A DNA stretch of 64,000 nt, from NCBI GenBank assembly GCA_012026655.1, contig JAAILG010000778.1, forward strand, positions 1 to 64,000, written 5' to 3'. The notes beneath the pieces are model-generated. The model saw only the letters and a program-made list of their open reading frames with translations. It had not been told where the DNA came from and did not search any database. The position numbers and the translations under genes are program-made. This DNA is from Hydrolagus affinis. Its lineage: Eukaryota. This document shows, one piece after another, positions 50,041 to 62,479 of this stretch (position 1 is its first letter; each line of letters starts with the position of its first letter).

Positions 50041-53028
50041 GCAAACTGCCTCGATAAAACACCCTCCCTTGAGACATAAATGCGATCTGTTATTCTCAAT
50101 GTGTTTGACAAAGGATTTCCTGAAACTATTTGGTTGTAACAATGAGACCTTGGGCACTCAAACATTGATTGGGTGGTGGGGAAGGGCTTCCTCAGCAGCC
50201 AGTGGCAATTCCTACTCACAGTCCATCAGAGCTTTAGTTTAGATTGGGTCAATACAGGAGAAAATAAATGAATTAATAACTTTTTGTTCAGGCTGATTTA
50301 TAGAGAGCAATCACATTACAAAAGTGAACATGGTTGACTGAGAAAGGGAAATGGATGCACCCCAGTGAGATCCTAATTTAATCAGGTAGTCGAGAGCGCT
50401 GAAGTCAGCAATATGGAATAAAATAAGAGCTGTAGAGATGTGCTGTATTCATTGCAGCAGAAGATAATGACCAGCACAAAAGGGAGTGAAGGAGCTGACC
50501 AAGTGCACCTATTAGAGTGATTTATCTTTAATTTACTTTAATAACTTTCTGAAGGTTGTTCAACTGCTTTCAGTTAAAGGGAAATTCCCTTTTTTGTTGG
50601 CCGGCACATTGCTGGAAAATTAAAGTCTCAGTGGCAAAGCAGATCAGTTATCAGTATTGTTTGGGTTAGAGAACTGTCTTTTCCCCCCCCGTGGACTCTT
50701 TATGTTTATCCAGCCCAGAAAGATGGAATAAAAGCAATTATGTTGAAATGCTTTTGTTTTCATTGTCGTTGCTTGAAACTATTTCTGTGCATATTGAAAC
50801 AGAGTGAAACTCTGCTTGAATACTCCATACTGTAGAACCTTCATCTCCTCTCCAAGTAGAGAATTGGTTCATTTGGATTTACAGGTGCAGAGGAAGGTTC
50901 TGCTCGGGAGTAAGAGAGTTGTGTGGAGTGAATTTTTAGAAAATAACCCAACTTCAGGATATGGAACCTACTAAGAAATAATCGGGTGGCATTACAGTAA
51001 CTAGGGTCTAATACAGCAATTGTGTGAGCCATATGTATTGTGGAAGTTGTGCAAACAGTTAAAAGTATGGGAATTGTGCATACTATGTATTATGGTAGTT
51101 ATGGGAGCAGATGTATTCCTTCCCATTGGTTGTTAAATACATAACTAAGAGTTAAATACATGACTAATTTCACCCACAGACATGTGTTTACAAATGGTTG
51201 AAATAACTCACAGACTAGACCACAATGGCTCAGTAAGCCTACAGAGTAGAGTTAGCAATGCATTGGCAGCATTCATCAATTTGTGAGCTTCTTTGAAAGA
51301 GAACATTTCTTAGTTGCTCATGCTTCAGTCACATCCAAAGTCGAAGGAACATATTTATACGAATGCAAAAAAAAAACACAACACAAAGAATGTAAAGCAC
51401 ATATTTACACTTCAAGGATTTTCTGCCTAATTTAGTTATTTATCGCCAGCGATGCCGCATCAAATTGTTTGGACATTTAGTGTCAAGTGAAACGACACAA
51501 ACAGTATTTTGTATTTTAGCAATGCAGTTTTCTTATTTAATGATGCAAACCATGTATAGACTTACATTTGAGAAGTCATTAGTATGCTCTCCCATAGATT
51601 GATATTGAATAGGCCAAAAAAAAAATTGTTTTAAAATGCATTTGCCAGGGACTAATAATGATACATTTTACAATGCACTAGCACAGTGTTATATATATGT
51701 AATATATTTATTATATACTGTATATGTAATATATTTATTATATATAATATATATTTAACTTGGATAAGTGAGAAAACCATACTTGTTTCCATACAGGATA
51801 CTCTGATTGGTCTTCTCACAAAGAGTTTGTAAAATCATCTATAATGATGTTTATCATACTTTGCTGTATTGTACTGTTATTGATATTTATGATATAGTTT
51901 AGAAAGCTTGTTTCCACTCCCCTGATACAACAGTATATAAAAGGTATAGTAAATGTGTGGGTTTGATTCCCATCTATGGTTAGTTATCTGATCTCAGGAT
52001 TTTTAATAATTGAACTTGAGCTCAAGATAAGAAATATCAGTTCTGTTGGCCATCTAGTTCACCAGGTAATACTGATAATCCTGTCTCATGAAGTGCATGT
52101 TTGATCTGGACTATTGAAGGGCTGCAAAATCATTCCATGTTCTCAATGGATGAAGGAAACCTTATTTCTTGAAAGGTTCAGGATTAGAATCTCACCTTCC
52201 CAAACAACCATGTTGAGGAGTTTATGAAACTACATCCTGAAGACAACCTGTTGGCGGCCCAAGTCATTTTGCTTTTGCCTGTGTGGAGCAGTGATCAAAT
52301 AATACTGGAAAATCATTAGTTTCTAATCAGCTGTTTGGGCGATAATATGTGTAATTTAACATAGGCACTAATCAAATCAAAGGCCCAACTGGTGGGTACA
52401 ATACCAGTGTAAAATTTAGCTGAACAGATCAGAAATATCTCAGAGAGTGAACTGGATTTTGGTATGAGGATGTGGGACATCATCCTGACATGAAAGGCGC
52501 TCTATCAATGTAATTTTGTTGCTGCTGATGTAGGAGCAGCTGCATTTAGCTTTGTTTCCCTGGATAAAGGAGGTGAACAACACATTTGGAAGTTCAATTC
52601 TTGGGCAGGGTGAAACCTGAGGCTAGTTTCTTTATACAACACGTTTACTAGCGGTAAGTCGGAAGGTTGTTGGTCAATTGGTGGATTGCTTTCTTGGAGT
52701 AATATTCCTTCCCCACCAAAAATGGGGTTACTCAATCCACGATTGTTTGTAGGATACTGCTGCCACACAATTGGCTGTTGGTATTTTGCCCACAAAATAT
52801 AGTCAATTCAACAACATGATCAGTTGCTAAATCAAATGCAAGGATTAATTTTTACTATTAGTATTTATGCACCTGATCATTATTGAGTTGTTCTTACTAG
52901 ATCTGAGTTGAGGACTGGATTGTTCTCAGCTGTGATACCTCTGAGGTTGAATATCCTGCTCTGTCTGACCTTATGATGAATGGGAATTTGTGAGTGTTGC
53001 AGACAGCCTGCCCTGGCATCAGTTAATG

Positions 53029-53566
53029 CAGTGGGTTCCAAACTGTGGGGCACACGCCTCCCTTGGGCACCGTTGGCTGGGGGTATGTGGAGCTTTAGCG
53101 TCTCGAGCCCCCGAGTGCTTGTGGAGCTGAGGCGGAGCCGAGGACCCGAAAGTGTGGAGCTGAGTGTGAAGGAGGGTGGGCACCGCTATTCAAAGTTTGG
53201 AAGCCACTGCCCCAGTGTGAGTTATCCAAACCTGTTGCCAAGGATTTGAACTTGGTGGGCGGAAGTGATGTCACGGAGGAGGAACTCTGGGAAAATCAAA
53301 GCCCAAAATGGCAGCACCTCCTCCTGCTCATCATGGCTGTGTTTATGTAGCAGGGGATAAAGCTACAGTCAGTCAGTCAGTCAGTGACCTGGCGGTCACC
53401 GGTAGAATCAATCAGCTCCACGCCTGCCAGCAGGCCTTCCAACCCAGTGGTCATCAGTCAGCGGTGGAGCCGAGGACCCGAGTGGAGTCGAGGCGGAGCC
53501 GAGGGCCAGAGTGTTTGGAGCCGAGTGTGAAGGAGGGGGGCGCTATTCAATGTTTGGAAGCCACTG
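53029..53566. mobile_element. Composite hAT-type MITE (one left end, two right ends)
   Basis: Left TIR cagtgggttccaaact. Right TIR tttggaagccactg ends at both 53209 and 53566. An 8-bp TSD agttaatg sits at 53021-53028 and 53567-53574. Confidence 0.85.
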
Positions 53567-54750
53567 AGTTAATGCATTCGAGGGATGGTGGTGCAGGGAA
53601 AACAAATTATTTGGCATCTATTTCTGGCTGTATCTGTGAATTTTAAACAGCCTATTAAAATCCACTACATTCCGAACTTTAATGCAAACTTCAGTGCGAA
53701 GAGTCAATGGAGGTGTCAGTCACTTCGAGATAACCTTGGGAACATGACAATATACAAGGATGCAGATTAGAGCTATGCTTCAAGTGCAGTAGGTTGTAAC
53801 AGAGAAAAGGCAGTTTGATTGATGAGAACCCAGGCTGAGTCCTTCAAACTGCTCTTCCAATTTACAACCAACTCATCATAGAACCTCAAGTTCGTTATTG
53901 CCGTTGAATTTTTCTATTTTTAAAACAGATTTATAAATACTTTGCAGCACACTCACAGTCATTGGACTCGGACATGATCTAAAACCCTAATAAACATCAT
54001 TTAACCCTTTATGTTGCTGCCCTTAACACTGATTTTGAATGGGTTGTTGAGTGAGAGGGAAGTACTGTGTAGGTGGCCTGGGGGTGGGAAGAGGTTATCC
54101 TTTTGATTTGTTCTCATGAGCCTCCAACCCACACTGAAGTTCTGGATAGAGAAAGCAAAATAACTTGCGCATTGTGCTGCTGAAAGGTTAGTAGTTTTAA
54201 TAGAAACGTTCCAATCTGATGAAAGGAGCATGCACTTGTCATGTTTCAGCTCTGCTATGCGATAGTTGTGTTGTAAGTGTAAGGAGTGCTAAACAAGACA
54301 CACATTCACAGGCTCTTCATGATTACTGCAACATATTACACTAATCCCTGTATGAAATCACCAACTTAATTAAAACTTGCAGCTAAATTTCATTTTGTGA
54401 TTGTAAAGGTGACCTGACATACATGAGAGAGAGAAAAAGAAAGAAGAAAGACTGCAAAGCACACTTAATGGATCAGTAGGCAAAAAGACAACGTAGATGC
54501 AATGGAACCACATAGTAGGTCACAAGATTGACCATTGATCTGCAGTTAGATCCAAGCTAAATCAAGAGTAAAACCACTATACTTGGCCTTAGCATCCCTG
54601 GTGTAGGAGGGGAAAAATTCTGTTTGGCTTTCTTCTCATGCTAGCTATTGAGTGACTTCTTCTGTAATGCTGGTTTGCGTGGTTGTTGGTTAAGATCAGA
54701 TTTAATGTTAAATATCTGATTGGTGTACATGTGGGTGGCTGGAATATATG

Positions 54751-55905
54751 AACAACAACAACAACTTGGATTTAGATGGTGCCCTCCACACCGGACTGCG
54801 TCTCAGAGTGCTTCCCAATAACGGATCCTGGGGCCGAGCCAGTGGGATGGAGAAAAAGGTGACCAAAAGTGCAGTCGAAAAGAAAGATCTTTAGCTGAGA
54901 CTTGAAAATAGGAAGAGAGGAGGCAAGGCAAAGCAAGTGAGGAAGGGAATTCCAGAGTCACAGGGTGTAATGGCTGAAGGCATGGCTACCGATGGTGTAG
55001 TGGAGGATTCGGGGGACAAGGAGGAGGCCAGACCCAGTGGAGCGAAGTCAACGGGTGCTGTTGTGAGGAGAGAGGAGGTCAGAGAGGGAGCGGGTGCAGA
55101 GGAATGGAGAGATTTGAAAACAAGAGTGAGGACCTTGAAATCGATCCTCTCCGAGACAGGGAGACAGTGTAGTCTGGCAAGGACTGGAGTATTCGGGGAA
55201 CAAAGTTTGGTACGGGTGAGAATGCAGGCGGATTTTATGAATGCTGGCGGAGGGGAGACCGGCGAGTAGGGCATTGGAATAGTCCAGCCGAGAGGTGACA
55301 ATGGTGACATGGACCAGGATTTTGGCGGCTTTTGGGGTGAGATATTGGCGGAGACGGTCGATACTTGGGAGATGGAAGAAAGCAATGCTGGTGAGGGACC
55401 GGATGTGGGGGAGGAAGCATAATTAGGGGTCGAACCTGAAGATCTAGGGTGTGTACAAGTTCGGAGAGTTTTAGGTGCAGGTCGGGGAGGTGGAAGAGGT
55501 GAGAACCGTGGGATTGAAGACATTGACGAGAGCCAAAGAGTATGGCTTCTGTCTTATCAATATTTAGCTGAAGGAAATTTGCGCTCTCTAGTTCTGATGT
55601 CAGGCAGGCTGACAGAACATAAGGGGACTGGGGGTCACAAATTGAGGTGGAAAAATAGAGTTGGGTGTCATCCGCATACATGTCTGCAGATGACATCACC
55701 AAGAGGGAGCATGTAGATTAGGAAGAGGAGGGGGCCAAGGATGGATCCTTGGGGTACCTCACAGCTAACCAGTTGAGAGCAGGAGGAAAAGCTGTTTGTA
55801 GAGATGTACTGCTGGCAGTTTGTGAGATAGGACTCGAACCAGGTGAGTGTGATCCTACTGACGTGGATGACAGAGGACAGTCGGTAGAGGAGGATGGCGT
55901 GATCC
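54751..55905 (-). mobile_element. L2 LINE fragment including the RT core, frameshifted
   Basis: Minus-strand frames give YADDTQLY, FLQLNIDKTEAILFG, PVLARLHCLPVSERIDFKVL and a VPQGSILGPLLF-like segment. (TTG)n tail near 54751-54765. Confidence 0.93.
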
Positions 55906-56615
55906 CATTTGTCACCATTGGGAAATGCAGGTAAATACTACACTGAACATTGCAATTTAAAATAGAAGCATGAGAGGTAGGAAAATGACATTCTCAGATC
56001 ACATGTGATCTTTCATCTGAACTGATATCTAAATTATGTGAAGAGTTAGTGCAATTAAGTGAATGTATTAAATATTGAGATCAATTTTGTAATGTTCAAT
56101 TCAGCATGCCTGGAGGTGAAGAATGAGGATTATGTAAGTGATTGTTTTATAGCTATAAAGTAATGTTCCACTGTGTCCCAAATTCTATTCTCAAGCCTTT
56201 CAGATACTATTATTAGTGCTGTTATTCTGAACAGATTTTAATAGTTTACTGCAAGTGAAAAAACATAACGTACAACTTCCAACAGGTCAATAGAGAGAAT
56301 CAGTTTGGTCGTGTCAGTCAGTATTAGGAACAAACGGCAGACTCCACAGTCATCCATTAATTAGTACCTCACATTTTCAATTGGAAAAACCACACTCAGT
56401 TTTTCCACTGTGCTTTTGTAATGTGTCAATCTATTTCACAGTATTTAATATTGCTACATTCTTTAAATATATATATATTTTCTGAAAAATAAATCGTATT
56501 TCTAAAAGTTTGAAAGGAACAAATTACAACAGCTATTCTTGCTCAGATGTCCATTTCATCCTTGTGAAGCACTTTTTCCTATTAGAAGGTGTCATTTAAA
56601 TACTGTTTATAATAA

Positions 56616-56851
56616 TCTATTTATATATAAAAGGCCTTAGGTATGTTTCCGCAATTGTAACAATGAACTTCTAAAAGGAAAACCAAAACCAATACAGCTT
56701 AAAAACAACCACAAAGAAAAACAACCCAGTGATTAAAGCTCACCCTGTTTTTTGTAAACAACAAATACATTATTTTAAAAAAGTTTTGAAATATATGAAT
56801 AAACGTGTTCAAAAACATTAGGCCGCATATGTTACGCGGGGGTATAGCTAG
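56616..56851 (+). mobile_element. Short non-autonomous Helitron
   Basis: Starts TCTATTTATATATAAAA after an A. Ends with hairpin ccgcata-tgt-tacgcgg (56823-56839), then CTAG before a T. No TSD. Confidence 0.8.
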
Positions 56852-56890
56852 TGTAATACTAATCCTCGTCTAATGTTGGTTAATAACCAC

Positions 56891-57560
56891 AATAAAAATA
56901 ACCCTTGCATTTGATATGGCATCCTTTCACTTCACTGGGATATCTCAAAGAGTTTTGCAAGATTTTACTGCATTTACTGTGTAGGTAAATGTGGCAGCCA
57001 ATTTGCATCCAGGAATGTCCCACAAACAGCCAGGCCATCTCAGAGGTTCAGAGATGCCCGGACCACTTCCAACGTTTGAGGCCCCGGCCATAAAAAAAAA
57101 AGGACGGTTATGTTCCAAATCACAGCCTCACCATATTTAATAACTAGAATATTAGGAAATTCTAATTAATTTTTTTTTTTAAACAAACCTATTAAAAATG
57201 TGTAAAAATGTTAACAAAAATTAACGTGTCTAAATTTGAGGCCTCCTTTGAGATTGAGGCCCAGGCCAAATGGCCCTCCTGGCCTCCTCTCTGATTGGCC
57301 TTGCAAACAGCCATGAAGTGAATGATCAATTTTATTTGAGAGATTGTTGGCCGTGACACCGGGAGAAACTCTGTTCTCTTTTTGAAGTGCTGTGGGAATC
57401 AGATGGGACCTTGGTTTAATGGGACCTGATCTGAAGGACAACACTTCCAACATCATAGCATGTCCCCAGAACTCCATTAGAGTTTGTGATTTCACAGTCC
57501 TCACCTAGGACATGAATCCACAACTTCTGGCTCCAAGACAAGTATGAGCCAGGCTGACAC
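56891..57560 (-). mobile_element. AmnSINE1/Deu-type SINE interrupted by a MITE
   Basis: Tail at 56891-57030. Deu-like core (ggccgtgacaccgggagaaact...ccttggtttaa...ctgaaggacaacac) and head at 57304-57560. Confidence 0.75.
57031..57303. mobile_element. hAT-type (Tip100-like) MITE
   Basis: Perfect 8-bp TSD caaacagc (57023-57030 and 57304-57311). Imperfect TIRs caggccatctcagagg / cctctctgattggccttg. Subterminal tgaggcc repeats. Confidence 0.85.
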
Positions 57561-57734
57561 TTTCTATGTATACTGCAGAGAGAGAGAGAAAATCCATAGT
57601 GCTTCCAGGAGTAACAAGTATCAGAAATCCTGAGTCATACATTCGATTGGTTTGATACCAATCATCCAGTGTGACTTCAGTTTAGAAGACACATATTGTA
57701 TTTAAATACATTTTTTGCAATCAATACTATAGAA

Positions 57735-58031
57735 CAGTGGTTTCCAAACTGTGAGGTGCACCTCCCTTGGGGAGCGCGTTCAGTTTGCTGGGGGGGGGTG
57801 GGGCACGGAGCTTTAGAGTCTCGAGCCCCCAGTGTGTGTGGAGCCGAGCCCCCAGTGTGTGTGGAGCCGAGGACCCGAGTGCTGGTGGAGTTGAGGATTT
57901 GAGTGCAAGTGGAGCCGAGGACCCAAATGCGTGTGGAGCTGAGTGTGAAGGGGGTGGGGGGGGGGGGGGGGGCGCAACAAAACCTTTAGTAAGTTAGGGG
58001 GTGCGCTGCTATTTAAAGTTTGGAAGCCAAA
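57735..58031. mobile_element. hAT-Charlie-type MITE, same family as 53029-53566
   Basis: Ends cagtggtttccaaact ... agtttggaagcca. Imperfect TSD ctatagaa/ctttagag. Internal ~23-bp tandem units gtgtgtggagccgaggacccga. Confidence 0.85.
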
Positions 58032-59510
58032 CTTTAGAGGAACTGCATTTCTCCAACAAGATTTTTTTCATTGCAGTTCTGTACTTTGCTTGTGTGTAGC
58101 TAAAATATCTGCAACTCCCAGAGTACTCAGCTGAAAATATCCCTGTCTCTCTTGCCTCTTGGAAAGGGAAATTGCAACTGGTTGGGGGTGTTGCAGTATT
58201 GACTGAAAAAAACTGTTGGGGGTTGAAGAGAAGAAATCTTACACAGTTGCTGATCTTGAATTAAGCCGCAGTTATCAATTACAGGCTGAGATGATCAAAT
58301 ACTCAATGAAATGCAATGGATCTTATGCCATTGAGATCAGCAAGAAATGTCATTGTAGAGAGCAATCGACCAGAGTTGAATAATGGAAGTGTAAGTTGGA
58401 GAGATATTGCTGAGTTTTGTTCAACAATCCTTTAGGGTCAGGAGGAAACTTTACAGAAATTTCCATCAACAATTTCAAGAGAATAAACTGTGAAGGGACT
58501 ACCGTTGCTTCCAAGGTTTCCCACTAGAGATAGAGAAAAATAACATGATTATGAACAACACCTTCACTAATAAAGAGACCCTGGCTATAGCACAATACCG
58601 TCCTGGATAGCCAAGATGACCTTACCCTATGGGTCCATTATTTTAAAGGGATGAGCAAGTTTGACCAGCCAGTCGAGTGCTGCCTAACTCAAGGACAGGT
58701 CACTACTAATGTATTGCTGTACATTCCTCACAACTGAATATTCTGGGGATACATGTCTCAAGAGATAGCTTCCTCAATCCTATCCACAACAGTAGTCACA
58801 ACAGTAGTCACTGGAACAGGAGGCCAGACCTAAGTACAAGTAAAGCAAGTATTCCATAGTGAATAATATAGTATAATTAATGTAGTGAAATATATAACTT
58901 TATAATAATAGTATATTTTGCTCTCTTCAGACGATTTCTTCTTTAAATCAGTTGGCGTAATCTATGACTGCAAAATTGATTAAATGAAATGTGATGGTAG
59001 GGCTTATGCTTCAACATGATCTATCCTTTTTTTGCATACCTCTCCTGGGGGCATTAAACAAGTTGGGGAGAGTACATGAGTAAGTACAGTAGTTGACTTT
59101 TGATCAGACTGAGATAGTGGGATCAATTCACCCACTCTTGATATTTCTGGCAATAAGGTTTCCATTAATGTGTCTGACATCTACAACTAAACAAACAATC
59201 CATTTTGCTCTAATGAAAAATTTATTCTTTATTTTGAATAATATCTTTCAGATTTTAATTTGTTTTTGATATTTCCTAGTTGGAATATGTGCTAAAATCA
59301 CCCTTTAGTTATTGTTGACTGTTTCTTTCCATTTTAAATTTTGACTTAACTTTTTTCTATTCCTCAACTCCTATCTAAGTGTTTGTAACTACTGCTTCAA
59401 AGTATGGCTACTCGTGTGCATACAAAATATACCCACAAAATATACAGTCTTTACCACATATACTATGAAGTGCTTTGACATGTCTCGACGAAGTGATAAA
59501 ATGCTACATT

Positions 59511-59822
59511 GTGGAATCCTATAGCTCAGTGGTTAGAGCACTCGCCTTATAAGCGTGAGACCTGTGTTCGAATCCAGGAAGGGCAAAATGTTGGGCAAGT
59601 TTCCTTACTCCACATGCCTAATAATAATCTGTCAAATAAAAACCTGTTATAAATTAGTCATTTCAATCCATGACTGTTTGTGCGACACTGCTGTGCGCAA
59701 TTGGCTCAGCGTTTCACCCACAAATATACAGTCAATTCACTTTATGGTATCTTCTGTGAAGCGCTTTGAGACGTCTAGAAGACGTGAAAAGCGCTATGTC
59801 AAATGCAAGGATTATTATTATG
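59511..59822 (+). mobile_element. Full-length tRNA-derived SINE, directly after an older SINE tail (59420-59510)
   Basis: Head tagctcagtggttagagcactcgccttataagcg...gttcgaatcc, complete body and tail. Confidence 0.92.
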
Positions 59823-61649
59823 ACAGAGAAGACAAATGTATATAATTTATTAGAAGGGATGTACTTTTATTTCATGGTGTTTTAATGATGGGGAAGGAAG
59901 GTTGATTATTTTGTATTTGATTCAACATGTGTGAGAGAGGGAGGAAATTGAGTAAATTATCAAGTGATATCGCTGGTGTGGAAATTTATTTCTCCATTTC
60001 AAGGAAAGCGGGAATCGCACAGGGATTTATATATTATTTCTTCATCATCCTATTTTTTACTTCTTCTCTGAATCTGTCCACTGATGCTGAGATAGTCTCC
60101 TCCTAGTACCAATCCATGCTCACCTCACTCACGGAGCCGCATTTTTGTTTGAACCCAGAAGTGAGTGCTTTAGTGAAGAAGGCATCATATCCAGAGTTGT
60201 TCAGGCACTCACTAAATATCTGCTGGGGTTATTGAATAATGATTGGGAGCTAGAGGCATTGCAGTTTTCATGCTTAACACAGAGGTACTTAGACCAATTG
60301 GAGTAAGTCCCGTCCTTCCTCTCTCCTTCCCTCCCTTTCTTGAAATGCTAATTGAAAACGAAGAGGGTAGGAATTTGCTGTGACATGTTTACTGCGGGCG
60401 CACTCTCCATTACATCAAAATACACATTCACATAGTGGTTATTGGTCTCCCAAGTTCAATCAATTTATCGTGGAATATTCTTGATACATTTATAGATTGT
60501 AGATAATGTTCCTCCTTCTCAGTTGCTCATAATTGTAACTATGGTCCTATCTGGAGAATCTGTTGAGAATGGAAATAGCTCAGAACTTGTTGTATACAGG
60601 GATAGCCAGCAACCTACAGCCAGGAATTATTTCGTACAGAGCTAGCCAAAATACCATTGTACAGACTATTTGTGTTCTGTTTATCCTGGTGATTAGTGAT
60701 ACAACTGACAGCGCTCCAGAAGCTACCCTGCATGAAGGCTGCTATACAAATGCAAGTTGTTGTTGACAGCTACCCAGCTTGTACCAGACACCAATTATTT
60801 CCTCCTTTCCACCATGGTATCCACTGCACTGGGAAGCACAGCTTTGTGAACTGAACTGAAACCTGTGAGTGACACCTCACATACAGAGGGTTATGTTAGA
60901 GTGAACAAAAGTTGCTAGTCGGAAATATTTTTTGCCAAGTGTGTGGTTTGTAGGATGGAGACAAAATCCATACTCAGTTTTCATTTGTGTAATGATTGGC
61001 AAGTTCTAAGCTTGAGTGCTTGACAATTTAATAGCGTTTGTGGTTAGTTGTGAGCCTGATATGTAGGAACAAACTACAATCAAGCCAAAGAAAAACTCCC
61101 GCAACCCTTTCAAAGGAAAGATTCTGAAAGTTTTAACTCTTTGAAGCTATACAATGTATCATTTGTATAATTCCTTTTCCCCTCTGTCGAGGGCAGTGTG
61201 CGTCTTTGGTTGGAATACAGTTCCATGGGCACTTGTCCTAAGTGATCAGTTATCACATGTGAACACCAGACAATGGGCATCACATCATTGTGTAAGAACA
61301 TCCCAGATAAACCCAGTACTATTCCTGCCCAAAGTCCAGAAAAACAGGGCAGATTGGATAAGAGCAGGAAAACTGCTTAATTTATACAAGTGTAATTTTG
61401 CTGTTGTTATTAATTTATCTCACCCAACCAACCCCAACTTCCTTCCCACTGAGGCCAATTTAGCATCCAATTCCTAATTGAGATCAGCTAGATCCAAGAT
61501 AGATTGAAAGTTGGCAAATTTCTGGTTTGTTTTGGACAATTTCACACAAGAAAATCCTCAAATCAATGGGAAGGAATTGAAAATCCAATTTTAATTCAAT
61601 GGATGCTTTGCCAGACTTGTCCAGTAGCCATTGGACTTTGAATACTACT

Positions 61650-61812
61650 ACTAATAATAATCCTTGCACTTGATATACCGCTTTTCACGTTTTTAGATGT
61701 CTCAAAGTGATTCACAGAACATACTGCAAAGTGAATTGACTGGATACTTTGTGGGCAAAAAACGCAGCGGCCGATTGCACCCCACAAACAGTCGTGGATT
61801 GTGATGATCAAT
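61650..61812 (-). mobile_element. SINE 3' half, ~190 bp upstream of the terminal exon
   Basis: Reverse-strand family tail and body. Confidence 0.85.
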
Positions 61813-62003
61813 TTTTTGTTGTTTCTTTATTATTGTTTATTATTGGATGCATTACAATATTGAGTGAAGTAGCCAGGTATATTGGCTAGTTATAAGCTAT
61901 AAGTTTCTTTTACGATTGCAGAAGACTGCTTCTTTCCACTTAGGCATTGATTGCTGGTATAACCGAGTCATTGCTAATGTCCAGGTCCGTCTTCTCTTTT
62001 CAG

Positions 62004-62212
62004 ATGTGACAAAAGAGCCTCAGGTGAACAATAGAATTGTCCCAGATGTTCTGAATGGAGGAAAGATGGATTCCTCAACTACCACCATTTCCACTACTCC
62101 AAGAGCAGCGAGAAATCCACTTCCGGGAACTGCGTCCTGTTTCTTCATCCCATCATCTGCCACAATGCTCATAATATTAGTACTGCTGTGTCTTTGGCTG
62201 TTTCAGTTGTGA
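62004..62212 (+). CDS. GPC5: Glypican-5(-like), terminal coding exon with GPI-anchor signal
   Basis: Acceptor cttctcttttcag ends at 62003. Phase 1 matches the upstream exon (T+AT = Tyr). Translation (Y)VTKEPQVNNRIVPDVLNGGKMDSSTTTISTTPRAARNPLPGTASCFFIPSSATMLIILVLLCLWLFQL* has a Ser/Thr-rich spacer, small residues and a hydrophobic C-terminus with no cytosolic tail, which is glypican GPI-signal architecture. Confidence 0.85.
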
Positions 62213-62479
62213 TACATTGTGGGTTCATTTACCCAGCTTTACTTGTACAGTGTTACAGTTTCATGCAGCCACATACTTTGTTGGAGGCAGAGCAACACAT
62301 TAGATCTTGTAATATAGTTGAAAGCTGCAATATACTATATGAATATACCACCCTAGAAGGTTTGCTGAAGCAAGATATAGCTAATGCGCAACATACGGAA
62401 AGTGGAAAAAAATGTACATAAATTGTGGGGAAAAAAGGTAGATTTAGAGATTTAAAAAATAGTGATGTACAGGCTACTT

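Larger units (their letters stand above)
18320..62003 (+). other. Last intron of the GPC5-like gene (~43.7 kb, GT-AG, phase 1)
   Basis: Bounded by gtgagt and tttcag. The reading frame is compatible across the junction, and no other glypican-like exon was seen inside. Confidence 0.8.

Noticed and set aside
54200-54255. Additional hammerhead core (gaaacgtt...ctgatga)
   Set aside because: No convincing stem I or II and no downstream GAAA. The similar ctgatga at 29481-29487 is also too decayed to call.
54891-55702. 210-aa and 155-aa minus-strand ORFs as genes
   Set aside because: They are frameshifted pieces of a dead L2 reverse transcriptase.
57820-57945. CRISPR-like repeat array
   Set aside because: These are contiguous ~23-bp tandem units with no unique spacers, inside a eukaryotic MITE, and there are no cas genes.
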